A stretch of DNA of 64,000 bases from an uncultured Clostridia bacterium (GTDB taxonomy: Bacteria > Bacillota > Clostridia > Oscillospirales > CAG-272): NCBI GenBank assembly GCA_947627475.1, contig CANQWE010000001.1:7069-71068 (forward strand). The letters are read 5' to 3'. Below the pieces are notes generated by a model. It was not told where the DNA came from and ran no database searches. It worked only from the letters and a program-made list of their open reading frames with translations. The first letter of the stretch is position 1. The number at the start of each line of letters is the position of its first letter. Below are positions 1 to 9,072 of this stretch, piece after piece. The translations under genes and the position numbers were made by a program.

Positions 1-1121
1 ATCCGAAAATGATCCGGACGCTTCCAGTGAAATCCTGTACCCGGGGTGATGAGAATCCGTTCCCTTTCCAACAAACGCAATGCAAACGTATGATCGTCAA
101 AGGCAGGATATCGGCGTATATCCACCATAGGGAACACATAAAATCCTGCCGCCGGCCGGCAAACACTTACCCCGGGAATACGGGAGAGCCCCTGGCATAT
201 GGCTTCCCTCTGCTGATAGATTCTGCCGCCGGGCGCCAACAGCGCCTGCATTTCTTCTTCAGCTGCCAGTGCTTCTGGGATAATGGCTTGGGATGGAACA
301 TTTGAGCACAGCCGAATAGAAGTAAGCAGATTCATACCTTGAATAAATCCCTCCTTCCCGGACCAGTCTCCGCACAGACACATCCAGCCGCATCGAAATC
401 CCGATATAAGGTGGGACTTGGACAGGCCTCCAAGACTTACCACCGGAACATCCGGTACTGCAGAAGCTACAGCCACGTGGGTTTGCCCGTCCATTACCAG
501 TCGGTCGTAAATTTCATCGGCAAACAGAATCAGACCATGTCGCCGGGCGAGTTCTCCGATTTGAGACAGGAGAGCCGGCGGATATAGGGCGCCGGTAGGA
601 TTGTTGGGATGGATCAGTACGATTCCCCGGGTACGCCCGGAGATTTTTTTTTCTAAGTCGGCGAGATCCGGAAACCAGTCGGCGGATTCGTCACAGATAT
701 AGTGGACGGCACGGCCTCCGGCCAGCTGTACTGCGCCGGTCCACAGGGGATAGTCCGGTGCGGGAATCAGTACCTCCTCTCCGCTTTCCAGCAGCGCCTG
801 CATGGATAGGAGGATCAGCTCACTGACGCCGTTTCCAGTATATATGGTATCTGTGCCCCAGGGCTCCATACCCTTTTTTCTGCAGTATGCTTCGATGGCC
901 TGGCGGGCGCTGAGCAGCCCTTTGGAATCGGAATATCCTTCTGTATCTGCCAGTCGGTCCATATAGGTGTGAAGAAGCCGTTTCGGCGCATGAAATCCGA
1001 ATGGAGCCGGGTTGCCGATATTTAGACGAAGGATCGCTTTTCCCCGCCGTTCCATTTCATCTGCCGCCTGCTGCAAGGGGCCGCGGATTTCGTATCGGAT
1101 ATTTTGCAGTTTTGCAGGCAT
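1..1121 (-). CDS. PLP-dependent class I/II aminotransferase (AlaA / alanine aminotransferase-like); C-terminus cut by window edge
   Basis: Own translation of minus strand from ATG 1121-1119: MPAKLQNIRYEIRGPLQQAADEMERRGKAILRLNIGNPAPFGF... It contains HPNNPTG and SKSHLISGFRCGW (PLP-lysine context). The frame is open to position 1, so with no stop in the window it is missing from the ORF track. Confidence 0.85.
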   Translation of the reverse strand, partial: MPAKLQNIRYEIRGPLQQAADEMERRGKAILRLNIGNPAPFGFHAPKRLLHTYMDRLADTEGYSDSKGLLSARQAIEAYCRKKGMEPWGTDTIYTGNGVSELILLSMQALLESGEEVLIPAPDYPLWTGAVQLAGGRAVHYICDESADWFPDLADLEKKISGRTRGIVLIHPNNPTGALYPPALLSQIGELARRHGLILFADEIYDRLVMDGQTHVAVASAVPDVPVVSLGGLSKSHLISGFRCGWMCLCGDWSGKEGFIQGMNLLTSIRLCSNVPSQAIIPEALAAEEEMQALLAPGGRIYQQREAICQGLSRIPGVSVCRPAAGFYVFPMVDIRRYPAFDDHTFALRLLERERILITPGTGFHWKRPDHFR

Positions 1122-1173
1122 CCCCTGCTCTACTGAATTTTTGGTGTGCATTGTATTTTGATCCTTTCTCTGG

Positions 1174-1484
1174 AAAAACAAAAAGTCCTGAACGCATACT
1201 GCGTTCAGGACGAAATTTTTCCGTGTTACCACCTGACTTCAAAGAGGAGCGTTACGCTTCTCTTTGCACTCTGCCGGTACAAAAAAGTATACCGCTTCTC
1301 TGTAACGGGAGAAACCCGTCTGCGCCTACTGAAAAACCTTCGGGCAGCGACTCCAAGACTGCTTTGCCGGAGGCAGACGAGGATTTGCACCGACCATCCT
1401 CTCTCTGGAGACTGCCTGTCCGTCTACTCTTTCTTTTCACTGTCTTTAAAATACTGGCTGGGTCCGTTGCTCCCGGACCAGCTT
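1174..1484 (-). promoter_or_regulatory. T-box riboswitch leader (tRNA-sensing attenuator) of the aminotransferase gene
   Basis: Minus-strand RNA shows AGAGAG...GGUGCAA (fwd ~1381-1410), F-box-like CCGUUA (fwd ~1301-1310) and T-box core AGGUGGUAACACGG (fwd 1221-1234). A terminator GTCCTGAACGC/GCGTTCAGGAC (1185-1210) plus U-run follows. The specifier codon is not confidently assigned. Confidence 0.65.
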
Positions 1485-1490
1485 TTTTAT

Positions 1491-1519
1491 ACTATAGCAT
1501 ATGGACTTCTATCTGTCAA
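1491..1519 (-). promoter_or_regulatory. Sigma-A type promoter for the T-box leader
   Basis: Minus strand TTGACA (1519-1514), 17-nt spacer, TATAGT (1496-1491). Confidence 0.55.
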
Positions 1520-1529
1520 TGGAAATGAT

Positions 1530-2440
1530 ATCCTAAAGTATAAGGCGCCTCTTACTGCCGCAGCTGTGCAGGGGAAGAGAAAGTCCTCCCCCATCCACAC
1601 GGGGGAGTTCCTGCATCCCGAAGCAGGGGAACGGGTGGTACTTTCCCTGCGCTGAGGAAAAGTACCCAAAAGTGCGCTTTTTGCGGATCGCGCCGCGATT
1701 CGTGGGGGCGAAGCCGGGGACCCGGCTTCCCGATCGCGTCCGTTTGGAGCAGACTGCCAGTCTGCTCAAGGCAGGGGGGACTATCGTGCCTTCGGAGCCT
1801 CTGCAATGCCTTGCTTCGACTATCCATTTTACGCGAAAGTCTGCACAGCACGTACAAACAATATGGCTCCCCTGTGATGCGTCTCGAAGCGACTCTGGAG
1901 GAGTCGCTTCGAGACGCTGGGATGCTGTCGGCAACGCCGATTAAGGGGTTGTTTCCTTCCATCTTGCTTGCTGCGGCGGTAAATGGATTGTATTCCCAAC
2001 ATCTCTCCGTCGCCTTTAGCGACTTCCCCCCTTTAAAAAAGGGGGGCTTAAGGGAATCAGGCTTTGCTGACACTCCCCAGGAGTTGCTACGTAACTCCCC
2101 ACAAGGGGAGCTTATAAATTTCTGCACACTTTATTTGTCTCTGCTATACTGTTCTTTCTTTTTTGTTTCCCATCTATCTTGCAGCTTCTGCAATCCCAGC
2201 GCATACCGAATAGTCTTCTACCCCTTCCTTTTCTGTGTTTTTGGCTGCTTTTGTTACATCACAAAAGTAGCTTCTTTCTTTTCCACACGGAAAAGGAACA
2301 TTCTTTTCTTTCTCTTGAAAGTGGAAGATTCTTCTTGCCTGCATTCCGAAGCAGAGGGAGGGATGGTACTTTTCTCCAATCTTCCAAATAGAAAGTCTTT
2401 TAATAAACCTATATCCAAAAATGGACATTTGTGATAAAAA
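1530..2440. repeat. Hairpin-rich modular intergenic repeat block A (modules Z-X-Y-Z')
   Basis: No credible ORF. Dense short GC-rich hairpins, e.g. gtctcgaagcgactctggaggagtcgcttcgagac and cccccctttaaaaaagggggg. Positions 1658-2395 align by eye to the reverse complement of 17750-18400. An internal direct repeat lies at 1605-1650 and 2335-2385. Confidence 0.8.
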
Positions 2441-2520
2441 ACAATAAAAGATTGACATAGTTATAATATTGTGTTAATTTGGAATAAAAGAATTACCAAA
2501 ATAAGGGTGTTAGAAGATAA

Positions 2521-3427
2521 ATGAAACGTATTTATTTTATTGTTATATCTCTAATGTTCATTTTCATTGCTGCAATTGCAGTTTTATTTTCATGTCGAAA
2601 TGCAGATACGAATATCAAAATATCCTTGGAGGACGACTTCAACGAATGCTTTACAGAAGATATACTTAGACAAAAGGGGCACAGAAAAACCCTTCCTGGA
2701 TATTCTACGGATTTTTCTGTTGCATTTTTAAATGATGATGGAAGTACTACACTTTATGTATATGCATCTCCTATACGGTATCTGAATCAGCAGGGAGAAT
2801 ACGCATGGATTGACACACGACTTACAAATGTCGTTGATGAGAAACTGTTAGAAGAGGATAATATTTATACGGTGGCTGCAAACGATATAACTCCATTATA
2901 TCCTGCATATCTGACTGATCAAAAAGGAATAAAACTAATAGATAAAACAGAATATGAAATCGGAGTATATACTGATAAAAAAATAAAGTTGTTGCATTGG
3001 AAAATTTTGTGGGGGATAAAAAGAATATGGTTTCCTATAAAAACGGAGAGGGATCTACCATTCCAATATCGGCACAAATTGTGAAATAAGGTTTGATGAG
3101 CCGCCGGATACAAATGTATACAATTTGTGGCTTCGGTTTCAGGATGCATCTTTGGCTTTACGAAACCGGCCAGACGGGACGATTATTATCTGTAATAAAG
3201 CATTACAAGATATTGCTCCAAAGGATATATTGGGCATCATTCAGGAGCCAATACTAAAGTTCGAAGATATGGATATATCGTATCATTCCTCCTTGGAATT
3301 TGAGAAAATAGATGATGTTACATACAACCTAAAGCTTATATTAGAGAAAGAATACTTGGAAAAAAATGCATGTGCATTTATTTCATTTGAAATGCGGCGT
3401 GAAAAACAGCCTGATAATGCGATCTGA
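2521..3427 (+). pseudogene. Frameshifted gene for a putative lipoprotein / surface protein
   Basis: N-terminal signal with possible lipobox (MKRIYFIVISLMFIFIAAIAVLFSC). Protein-like sequence continues in three successive frames: the frame of 2521 up to the A-run at ~2975-2983; then 2979-3086 (KNKVVALENFVGDKKNMVSYKNGEGSTIPISAQIVK); then 3041-3427. The region is AT-rich. Confidence 0.45.
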
Positions 3428-3696
3428 TATACAATATTACGGAAGGAGTGAAATTGTGGTGCGATGATCAAAAGGAAATATTAGAGCAACATGGGCTTTC
3501 CATGAAATCAACAGAGGAGCAACAGGGGGTGTATAATATTTTTCTCACAAACGATAACTCCTTATATCCGAGCAGAACAGAAATTACGTTTCAATCGTAA
3601 ACGAGATTTGTGTAAAAATTGCAAAAGGATAAAACATTCATACTTTTACGCTCGATTTATGTTTGACGAAAAATCAAAGAAAAATTGAGGTTTAAA

Positions 3697-4995
3697 ATGA
3701 AAAAGCTTGTTGCGTATTTACTGACTGCAGTGATCCTTTCAGCTGCAGTGATTATTAGCATTGCTGGCACTGAAGTACGAGACCAACCCTACATTGATTC
3801 AGACTTGGAGGAGCATTCTCTGGATATTGACAGCTGGGGAAGTGATGAAACCGTTAGAATTGTAGAAGAAGATGTGGTGCGGGAATACGGAGGAAATTTC
3901 CACAACGATAAGTATGATGCTATAGGCCAGATTAAATACAATGATAAGATCACCGTATTTGGGACACCGCTTCTTCTGTACCCTACCTTTGTCGATCAAA
4001 ATGAGGCTATGCAAAACGCCGCCGTAGTAATGGCCGGCTTTATTGATTCACTGGCACAGGAAAATAGCTTATCGCCATTGTCTGAGGAAACGCTGGATAT
4101 ATATGAGTCCGCAGCATATGCCCGCATGAACAATGTATCTTTTAATGAAGCAGACTGTATCTATTTTATTGATTTTATAGACTTTTACAGAAACAAGGCA
4201 AGAAATGCAGAAATACAGCAGCGTTTTTCCTCATATAATAACATAGAGGAAAGAATGAAAATCCAAAGTGCATATCCTTTCCCGAACACAAAAGATAATC
4301 TGGATGAATTGGTGAGCGCCGCGTTGCTGAATGATATAAAGCTTTTGCTTCCCAACTACACAGTAGATATATTTGAAGGCATTCCAGAAGTAAAAATATT
4401 GCTGGAAACATTGGGAAATGACGAAAAGAGTCAAAGCGACAGTTCCAGATTGGGATACACGTTTTATGTAAATGATGCGATCGATTATGCTACACAATAT
4501 GCAGAAAGCGCGAATATCCGTGAGTGGAATTATTTTTCCGGTGGCGACTGCACCAATTTTGCCTCTCAAATCATCCATGCGGGCGGAATTCCTATGGATT
4601 ATGTCCAGCCAAATGCCTGGTATTACAGAAGTATTACCGATTACGCGCGCAATTGGACCGTTGCAAATGAATTCGCCAATTATTGGGGTGTCAACTATAC
4701 CACAACACGTCATAGATCCTTCGCGGCTCAGCTGGATAAAGGAGATTTTATCGCACTGGATTCTGGAAATAACGGATCCTGGAATCACTGGGCATTTGTA
4801 ACCAAAAAAGAAACGACCGAGAAACTGTGGTCGGGTTCTTGCTACTATGACTATAAAGTCGCCCAGCACACCAGTGATTATCATCTGTGGACAAGTAAAC
4901 AAGATAATAGCTGGGATGGAAAGGCACGCAAGGATATAAATACGGGATATTGTATAAGGAAAACATTCACTAAGGGAGTGGTCTACATATCATGA
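3697..4995 (+). CDS. Secreted/membrane-anchored protein with C-terminal putative amidase domain
   Basis: Signal/TM MKKLVAYLLTAVILSAAVIISIAG. C-terminal YFSGGDCTNFASQIIHAGGIPMD...AWYY resembles the 'putative amidase domain' family (from memory). ATG 3697 with GAGG upstream is preferred over the track start at 3685. Confidence 0.7.
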   Translation: MKKLVAYLLTAVILSAAVIISIAGTEVRDQPYIDSDLEEHSLDIDSWGSDETVRIVEEDVVREYGGNFHNDKYDAIGQIKYNDKITVFGTPLLLYPTFVDQNEAMQNAAVVMAGFIDSLAQENSLSPLSEETLDIYESAAYARMNNVSFNEADCIYFIDFIDFYRNKARNAEIQQRFSSYNNIEERMKIQSAYPFPNTKDNLDELVSAALLNDIKLLLPNYTVDIFEGIPEVKILLETLGNDEKSQSDSSRLGYTFYVNDAIDYATQYAESANIREWNYFSGGDCTNFASQIIHAGGIPMDYVQPNAWYYRSITDYARNWTVANEFANYWGVNYTTTRHRSFAAQLDKGDFIALDSGNNGSWNHWAFVTKKETTEKLWSGSCYYDYKVAQHTSDYHLWTSKQDNSWDGKARKDINTGYCIRKTFTKGVVYIS

Positions 4996-5387
4996 CCAAA
5001 AGAAAAAAAGCCTTACTGATCACCGGTATCGTGGTGGTTGTACTTGCAGCTGCATTTTTCATTCGAGATTATCTTATGTTTCAGCCGGTCGACTGGGTAG
5101 AGGGCGATGTTTCTCAATGGAGCGGACTGTTTCCCGATGATCCTGCCTATGCTTTGGCCCTGGGATTAGACAGCAGCGGTAGTCCGGTTCCGGTATTTAA
5201 AGATCCACTGGCGGCGTTGGAACAGTTTAAAATCGACAATGCTGCAATATTGAAGCATATAGCAGAAGATTATGATCTGAAACCCCTTAGCAAGTATAAT
5301 TACAAAAAATATATGGAAACCGAAATGTACTCCTTTTTCTTTTATACATTCTCGGAAAGTATTTCAGAAGAGAAATATATCTGGTAG
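4992..5387 (+). CDS. Hypothetical membrane-anchored protein
   Basis: ATGA overlap with the upstream gene. N-terminal TM KKALLITGIVVVVLAAAFFI. No recognisable family. Confidence 0.55.
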   Translation: MTKRKKALLITGIVVVVLAAAFFIRDYLMFQPVDWVEGDVSQWSGLFPDDPAYALALGLDSSGSPVPVFKDPLAALEQFKIDNAAILKHIAEDYDLKPLSKYNYKKYMETEMYSFFFYTFSESISEEKYIW

Positions 5388-5399
5388 AGAAAGAAGGAA

Positions 5400-5720
5400 A
5401 AACTTTCTCCCTCTCTATGAGAAAGCTTCTGTTTACCGAGGCAGGGAAAGCGCTTTTTTCGGATCACACTGTGATCCGGTGAGGCAAGCTGGGGGCCAAG
5501 CTTGTTTGGTGCAGACTCGATGTTGTCTGACTCCATTGCATTTGCAGCCCCTGCAAAGTGCCGCTGTGGTTTTGACCTTGCTCCAAAGTTTGTTCAAACT
5601 TTGTTTCCCCAAGCTGGGGCATTTCGCGGCTCGTCAGAGACGCCTTGCGCAATGCAAGGGAGAACTGCTTCGCCGTGTAGGTGGAGTACGTGCGCATCCC
5701 CCTACGCCATTCATGGAGAT
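5400..5720. repeat. Intergenic repeat block C (contains an X-module copy, ~5450-5600)
   Basis: Shares cggatc..gatccg, gcaag..cttg and cagac..gtctg hairpin modules in the same order as 1684-1850 and the reverse complements of 17560-17740 and 18230-18400. Confidence 0.7.
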
Positions 5721-5723
5721 CAT

Positions 5724-5755
5724 CAAAAAAAGAGGGGCGCCGCCCCTCTTTTTTC
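5724..5755. terminator. Bidirectional intrinsic terminator
   Basis: aaaaaaa-agaggggcg-c-cgcccctct-tttttt; a GC stem flanked by an A-run and a T-run, directly downstream of the minus-strand hydrolase gene. Confidence 0.8.
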
Positions 5756-5766
5756 CATAGCAAAGC

Positions 5767-7293
5767 TTATTTTCCCGCTTCTACGATCCGTGTGCCGCCA
5801 TCCCAAATAATTTTTACAGTTACCGGCTCCGTAGATTCAATAGTGATCTGCGGCTCCTGCGTACGACTGTCTCTTGCCTCACACAGCAGTGTCAGCGTGG
5901 CATTTTTTCCAAAGGGATACTTCTCTACCCCATGACGTTCCAGCAGATGGATATGCCAGGAAATGGTGTTATTTTGTGCGTCCGGCTTAATGCCCATTAC
6001 ATGCTCCAGCAAAACGGCAATGGGGACCAGTCCCGTCCAGCCCACAAAGTCGCCCTTGGCCGGATTGCCCGGCCGTGCCGCACCGTCGTCTCCTGGGAAA
6101 GGCGCATAATTTTCAAAAACAGTACCGGTCTTTCTGTATACCTGCACTACGTTCTCCAAATGGTTCATGGCGATTTCATGAGACAGGGCAAACTTGCCGT
6201 ATTTGTCCAGACCCCCAAGCACCATGTAGTTTGTGGGCGCCCAAATGCCGCCGTTCCAATATCCCCCGTCTTTTCCAAACCAGGGATGGTCTGCAGACAA
6301 TGCAGGGATCCGATGAGGACACTTGAATTCTCTTTCGTTTTCCAAATGGGCTACAAACCGTTCCACCCGCTTTTCCGGCACAGCCTCCGCCATCAGCGCC
6401 CAGTATGCGCCGATATGCTTCACCATATTGAGCTGCCCGTTTTTCCACAGGTCATAGTAGAAAGCCGTGTCCTCGTCCCACAGCTTTTCGTTGATCACGC
6501 GTGCCAGATTATCCCGTTCCTTGCGCAGAGCAGGAATTTCTTCTTCCCGACCAAGCAGCCGTGCCATTTCCATAAGGATGTTGCAGTTCATCAGTTCCTG
6601 AAGGCAGGCATCGTTCCAGACCATATGCCCGTGAGAAAACATGATCACATATCCGGCCTGCTGCCGGGGCAGATTGTCCATGCCGCATCCCCATCCGCTG
6701 GACCAATAGGTGCCGTCCGGCCAGGTGTGGTTCAGACGCAGCCATTCATGATATGCCAAAAGCGGGGGGAACACCTTTGCCAACCGGTCCATATCCCCAA
6801 AGTTTTTAAAATATTCCCACTCGCACCAGGGCATGATGTCAGGCCCGGTGGCGGCAGGGTCAAATCGGGTAAACCGGTCCTCGCCGTTTTCTTCGATGAT
6901 TTCCCGGCAGATGAATCCGTCCTTATGCTGGAGTGCATAAAAGTTATCCAGGGTGCCCTGGAAGTTAAAGCTTCTGCTGCCGTATTTGCCGAACATAAGG
7001 ATAAAAGACGAATCCCACATAAAAAGGCAGCCGTTGAAAGCAGTATCAATAAAATTCGATACGAAACCGGATCCAGGACGGGGCCTGCCCAAATTTCCAA
7101 AGGCCAGTTCCCATGCCTTCCAGTAGCAGGAGATGGCGTCTGCGTGTCCGTCCCAAATGGGACTTGGAAGCTTGGCCCGTTCCTGCTCAAAGGTAGGCAG
7201 GGGGGCGTTTTCTGCATCCTTTCCGATAAACACATTTTCTGCTGCGTGTGGATTTTGTACGAGAGATATTTCACAATTTTGCTTAAAACTCAT
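5767..7293 (-). CDS. (alpha/alpha)6-barrel glycoside hydrolase, GH63 / trehalase / MGH1-like
   Basis: 508-aa ORF. Aromatic/acidic-rich motifs (FMWDSSF, WSSGWGCGMDN, GGYWNGGIWAPTNY, FENYAP) are typical of six-hairpin glycosidases. No signal peptide. Confidence 0.55.
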   Translation of the reverse strand: MSFKQNCEISLVQNPHAAENVFIGKDAENAPLPTFEQERAKLPSPIWDGHADAISCYWKAWELAFGNLGRPRPGSGFVSNFIDTAFNGCLFMWDSSFILMFGKYGSRSFNFQGTLDNFYALQHKDGFICREIIEENGEDRFTRFDPAATGPDIMPWCEWEYFKNFGDMDRLAKVFPPLLAYHEWLRLNHTWPDGTYWSSGWGCGMDNLPRQQAGYVIMFSHGHMVWNDACLQELMNCNILMEMARLLGREEEIPALRKERDNLARVINEKLWDEDTAFYYDLWKNGQLNMVKHIGAYWALMAEAVPEKRVERFVAHLENEREFKCPHRIPALSADHPWFGKDGGYWNGGIWAPTNYMVLGGLDKYGKFALSHEIAMNHLENVVQVYRKTGTVFENYAPFPGDDGAARPGNPAKGDFVGWTGLVPIAVLLEHVMGIKPDAQNNTISWHIHLLERHGVEKYPFGKNATLTLLCEARDSRTQEPQITIESTEPVTVKIIWDGGTRIVEAGK

Positions 7294-7446
7294 AGAAGGA
7301 TTCCTTTCCGGTAGGTCTTTTGGAATATTTTATCATACAGCGCCCCCTGTGTCCATGGCTTTTTGAAAAAAATCGGTTTTTCCCGACGCCCGAACACATC
7401 TCCCACAGGCAGGAATATACTGAAAGAAAAAGAAAGGCGGAATAAG

Positions 7447-7980
7447 ATGTTTTTTCATACATATCAGAATCCAAAATTTTTGGAACGGCTTCGGGGCCGG
7501 GCAGACGCGGCGGCCAGGGTGATGGGCAGCAGAGAATATCGGACGATCCGGGGCGTGGTAAGTTTTTACCAGCTTACAGACCAGGTGCTTGTACAGGCAA
7601 GCTTTATTGGGCTGCCGGACGATATTCAAAAGGCGCAGGGAAGCGGAAGTCCCTGCGGAGGCAGCATTTTAGGCTTTCATATCCATGCAGGGGGCAGCTG
7701 TACAGGAAACGATACAGACCCCTTTGCCAATGCAGGCTCCCATTATGATAATACGCTCACGTCCTCCGGCGGGGGCTGTCCCCATCCCTACCACGCGGGG
7801 GATCTTCCACCGTTATTTGTCAACAACGGCAGTGCGTATATGGTGGTGGCTACCAATCGGTTTACCGTAGAGGAAATTTTAGGCCGCACGGTGATTGTAC
7901 ACGCCCATGTGGACGATTTTCACAGCCAGCCTTCCGGGGATGCAGGAGGGCGGATCGCCTGCGGCGTAATTGAAAGATAG
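7447..7980 (+). CDS. sodC: Cu/Zn superoxide dismutase family protein (no signal peptide)
   Basis: FHIHAGGSC, HPYHAGDLPPL, VIVHAHVDDFHSQPSGDAGGRIACGVI. The internal ATG 7447 (MFFHTYQ) is preferred over the track start at 7363. Confidence 0.75.
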   Translation: MFFHTYQNPKFLERLRGRADAAARVMGSREYRTIRGVVSFYQLTDQVLVQASFIGLPDDIQKAQGSGSPCGGSILGFHIHAGGSCTGNDTDPFANAGSHYDNTLTSSGGGCPHPYHAGDLPPLFVNNGSAYMVVATNRFTVEEILGRTVIVHAHVDDFHSQPSGDAGGRIACGVIER

Positions 7981-7995
7981 CCTGTGGGGCGCCAT

Positions 7996-8029
7996 AAAAA
8001 GGCCTCCCTCGTCAGAGGGAGGCCTTTTC
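7996..8029. terminator. Bidirectional intrinsic terminator
   Basis: aaaaa-ggcctccctc-gtca-gagggaggcc-tttt between convergent genes. Confidence 0.8.
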
Positions 8030-8056
8030 AGGTTGTATCTGCTTAGCAGGTCGCGA

Positions 8057-8482
8057 TCACGCTTGATCCTTTTTGGGGGGATCCTGGCGCATAAACAGAT
8101 CGCTGTCGTAGTCCAGGTCATTTTCTACAGGATGCCCATAATCCCGAAACTCCAGGCTGTCTTCTACGCATATATCCTCCAGATCTTCCTCATATTCTTT
8201 CGGAAGGGAAGGATCCATGCCGGTGTAGCAGGGCGCCTGATTGGCTCTTTGAATACACTTCTGGCAGAGAAACAGATCGCCCACAGCCTTCACCTGCAGC
8301 ACGGACCCGCAAATACAGCATCTGGGCTGGTACGGCTGGAGAATGAGCATGCCATCCACCTTTGTGCCCATGATTTCCGTTCCCGGTTCCCATTCCATGA
8401 CGCGGCTTGCGAGGGGAGTAAGCGCGATATGTCCATATGGGCCTACCGTTGCAAGATACTTTTCTTCAAATTTTTCGTCCAT
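8057..8482 (-). CDS. Hypothetical protein: AbrB/SpoVT-like N-terminal segment plus CxxC...CxxC zinc ribbon and an acidic tail
   Basis: AAGGAGG SD before ATG 8482 (MDEKFEEKY...). CCICGS...CQKC motif. The fold assignment is weak. Confidence 0.45.
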   Translation of the reverse strand: MDEKFEEKYLATVGPYGHIALTPLASRVMEWEPGTEIMGTKVDGMLILQPYQPRCCICGSVLQVKAVGDLFLCQKCIQRANQAPCYTGMDPSLPKEYEEDLEDICVEDSLEFRDYGHPVENDLDYDSDLFMRQDPPKKDQA

Positions 8483-8577
8483 GTTGACCTCCTTAGTCAT
8501 CTTTAGGGTAATTGGTGATAAAAAATATGGTATTGTCAACCATAAGAACAGGGAACAAAGATTTGGGAGACAATATC

Positions 8578-8823
8578 ATGAAAATATACGGAATAAACGG
8601 AAGGAAAAACATTGCTGGTTCTCGAATAAAGGCTATTAGAGAAAGGAATGGTTGGTCTCAAGCAGATTTAGCTGCAAAATTACAGGTGGAAAATGTTGTT
8701 GTCGAGCAAAAAGCGATAAGCCGAATAGAACGCGGAGAGCGTTTGATAGCTGATTATGAATTGTTTGCTTTTTCTAAGGTGCTCAAGGTTTCCATGGAAT
8801 GGCTTGTTTCCGGTAAGATGTAA
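8578..8823 (+). CDS. XRE-family helix-turn-helix transcriptional regulator
   Basis: IKAIRERNGWSQADLAAKLQVENVVVEQKAISRIERGERL is a classic HTH_3 pattern. Divergent from the gene at 8057-8482. Confidence 0.8.
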   Translation: MKIYGINGRKNIAGSRIKAIRERNGWSQADLAAKLQVENVVVEQKAISRIERGERLIADYELFAFSKVLKVSMEWLVSGKM

Positions 8824-8855
8824 AGTGCGTTAAAATAGCGGAGGAGTGTAAAACT

Positions 8856-8993
8856 ATGAAGCCATTGCCGTATTGCGAAGATATTTCTGTTGATCAAGTG
8901 CTTACAGCTCTCCTTTCTTTGGATCCGTCTGCCCGCAGATCAGTTACTGAGCTTATAGAGTATCTTGCAAGTAAGAAAGAAAACAACGGCTAA
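8856..8993 (+). CDS. Small hypothetical protein (45 aa)
   Basis: GGAGGAG SD 8 nt before ATG 8856: MKPLPYCEDISVDQVLTALLSLDPSARRSVTELIEYLASKKENNG. Too short for the ORF track. Confidence 0.4.
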   Translation: MKPLPYCEDISVDQVLTALLSLDPSARRSVTELIEYLASKKENNG

Positions 8994-9072
8994 AATGTAA
9001 CCAAAAGTGGTTATGTAAATTATTATACACAATTGATACAATAAAGTCAATAATGGTTATGGAAGTGGTTAT

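Noticed and set aside
1530-2440. Possibility that the hairpin-rich repeat blocks are a CRISPR array.
   Set aside because: There is no constant-length direct repeat alternating with unique spacers. The modules are heterogeneous and partly inverted. No cas genes are in the window.
1001-2458. Many overlapping 60-200-aa ORFs in repeat block A, and likewise 17486-18537 in block B.
   Set aside because: They overlap each other in all frames and lack SDs. They run through hairpin modules and the T-box leader, and the reading frames are not preserved between repeat copies. I treat them as non-coding.
5932-7314. 460-aa plus-strand ORF covering the whole glycoside hydrolase locus.
   Set aside because: It is antisense to a much better minus-strand gene (5767-7293). 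Its composition is low-complexity and Arg/Pro/His-rich, as is typical of shadow ORFs in GC-rich DNA. It has no SD and no recognisable motifs.
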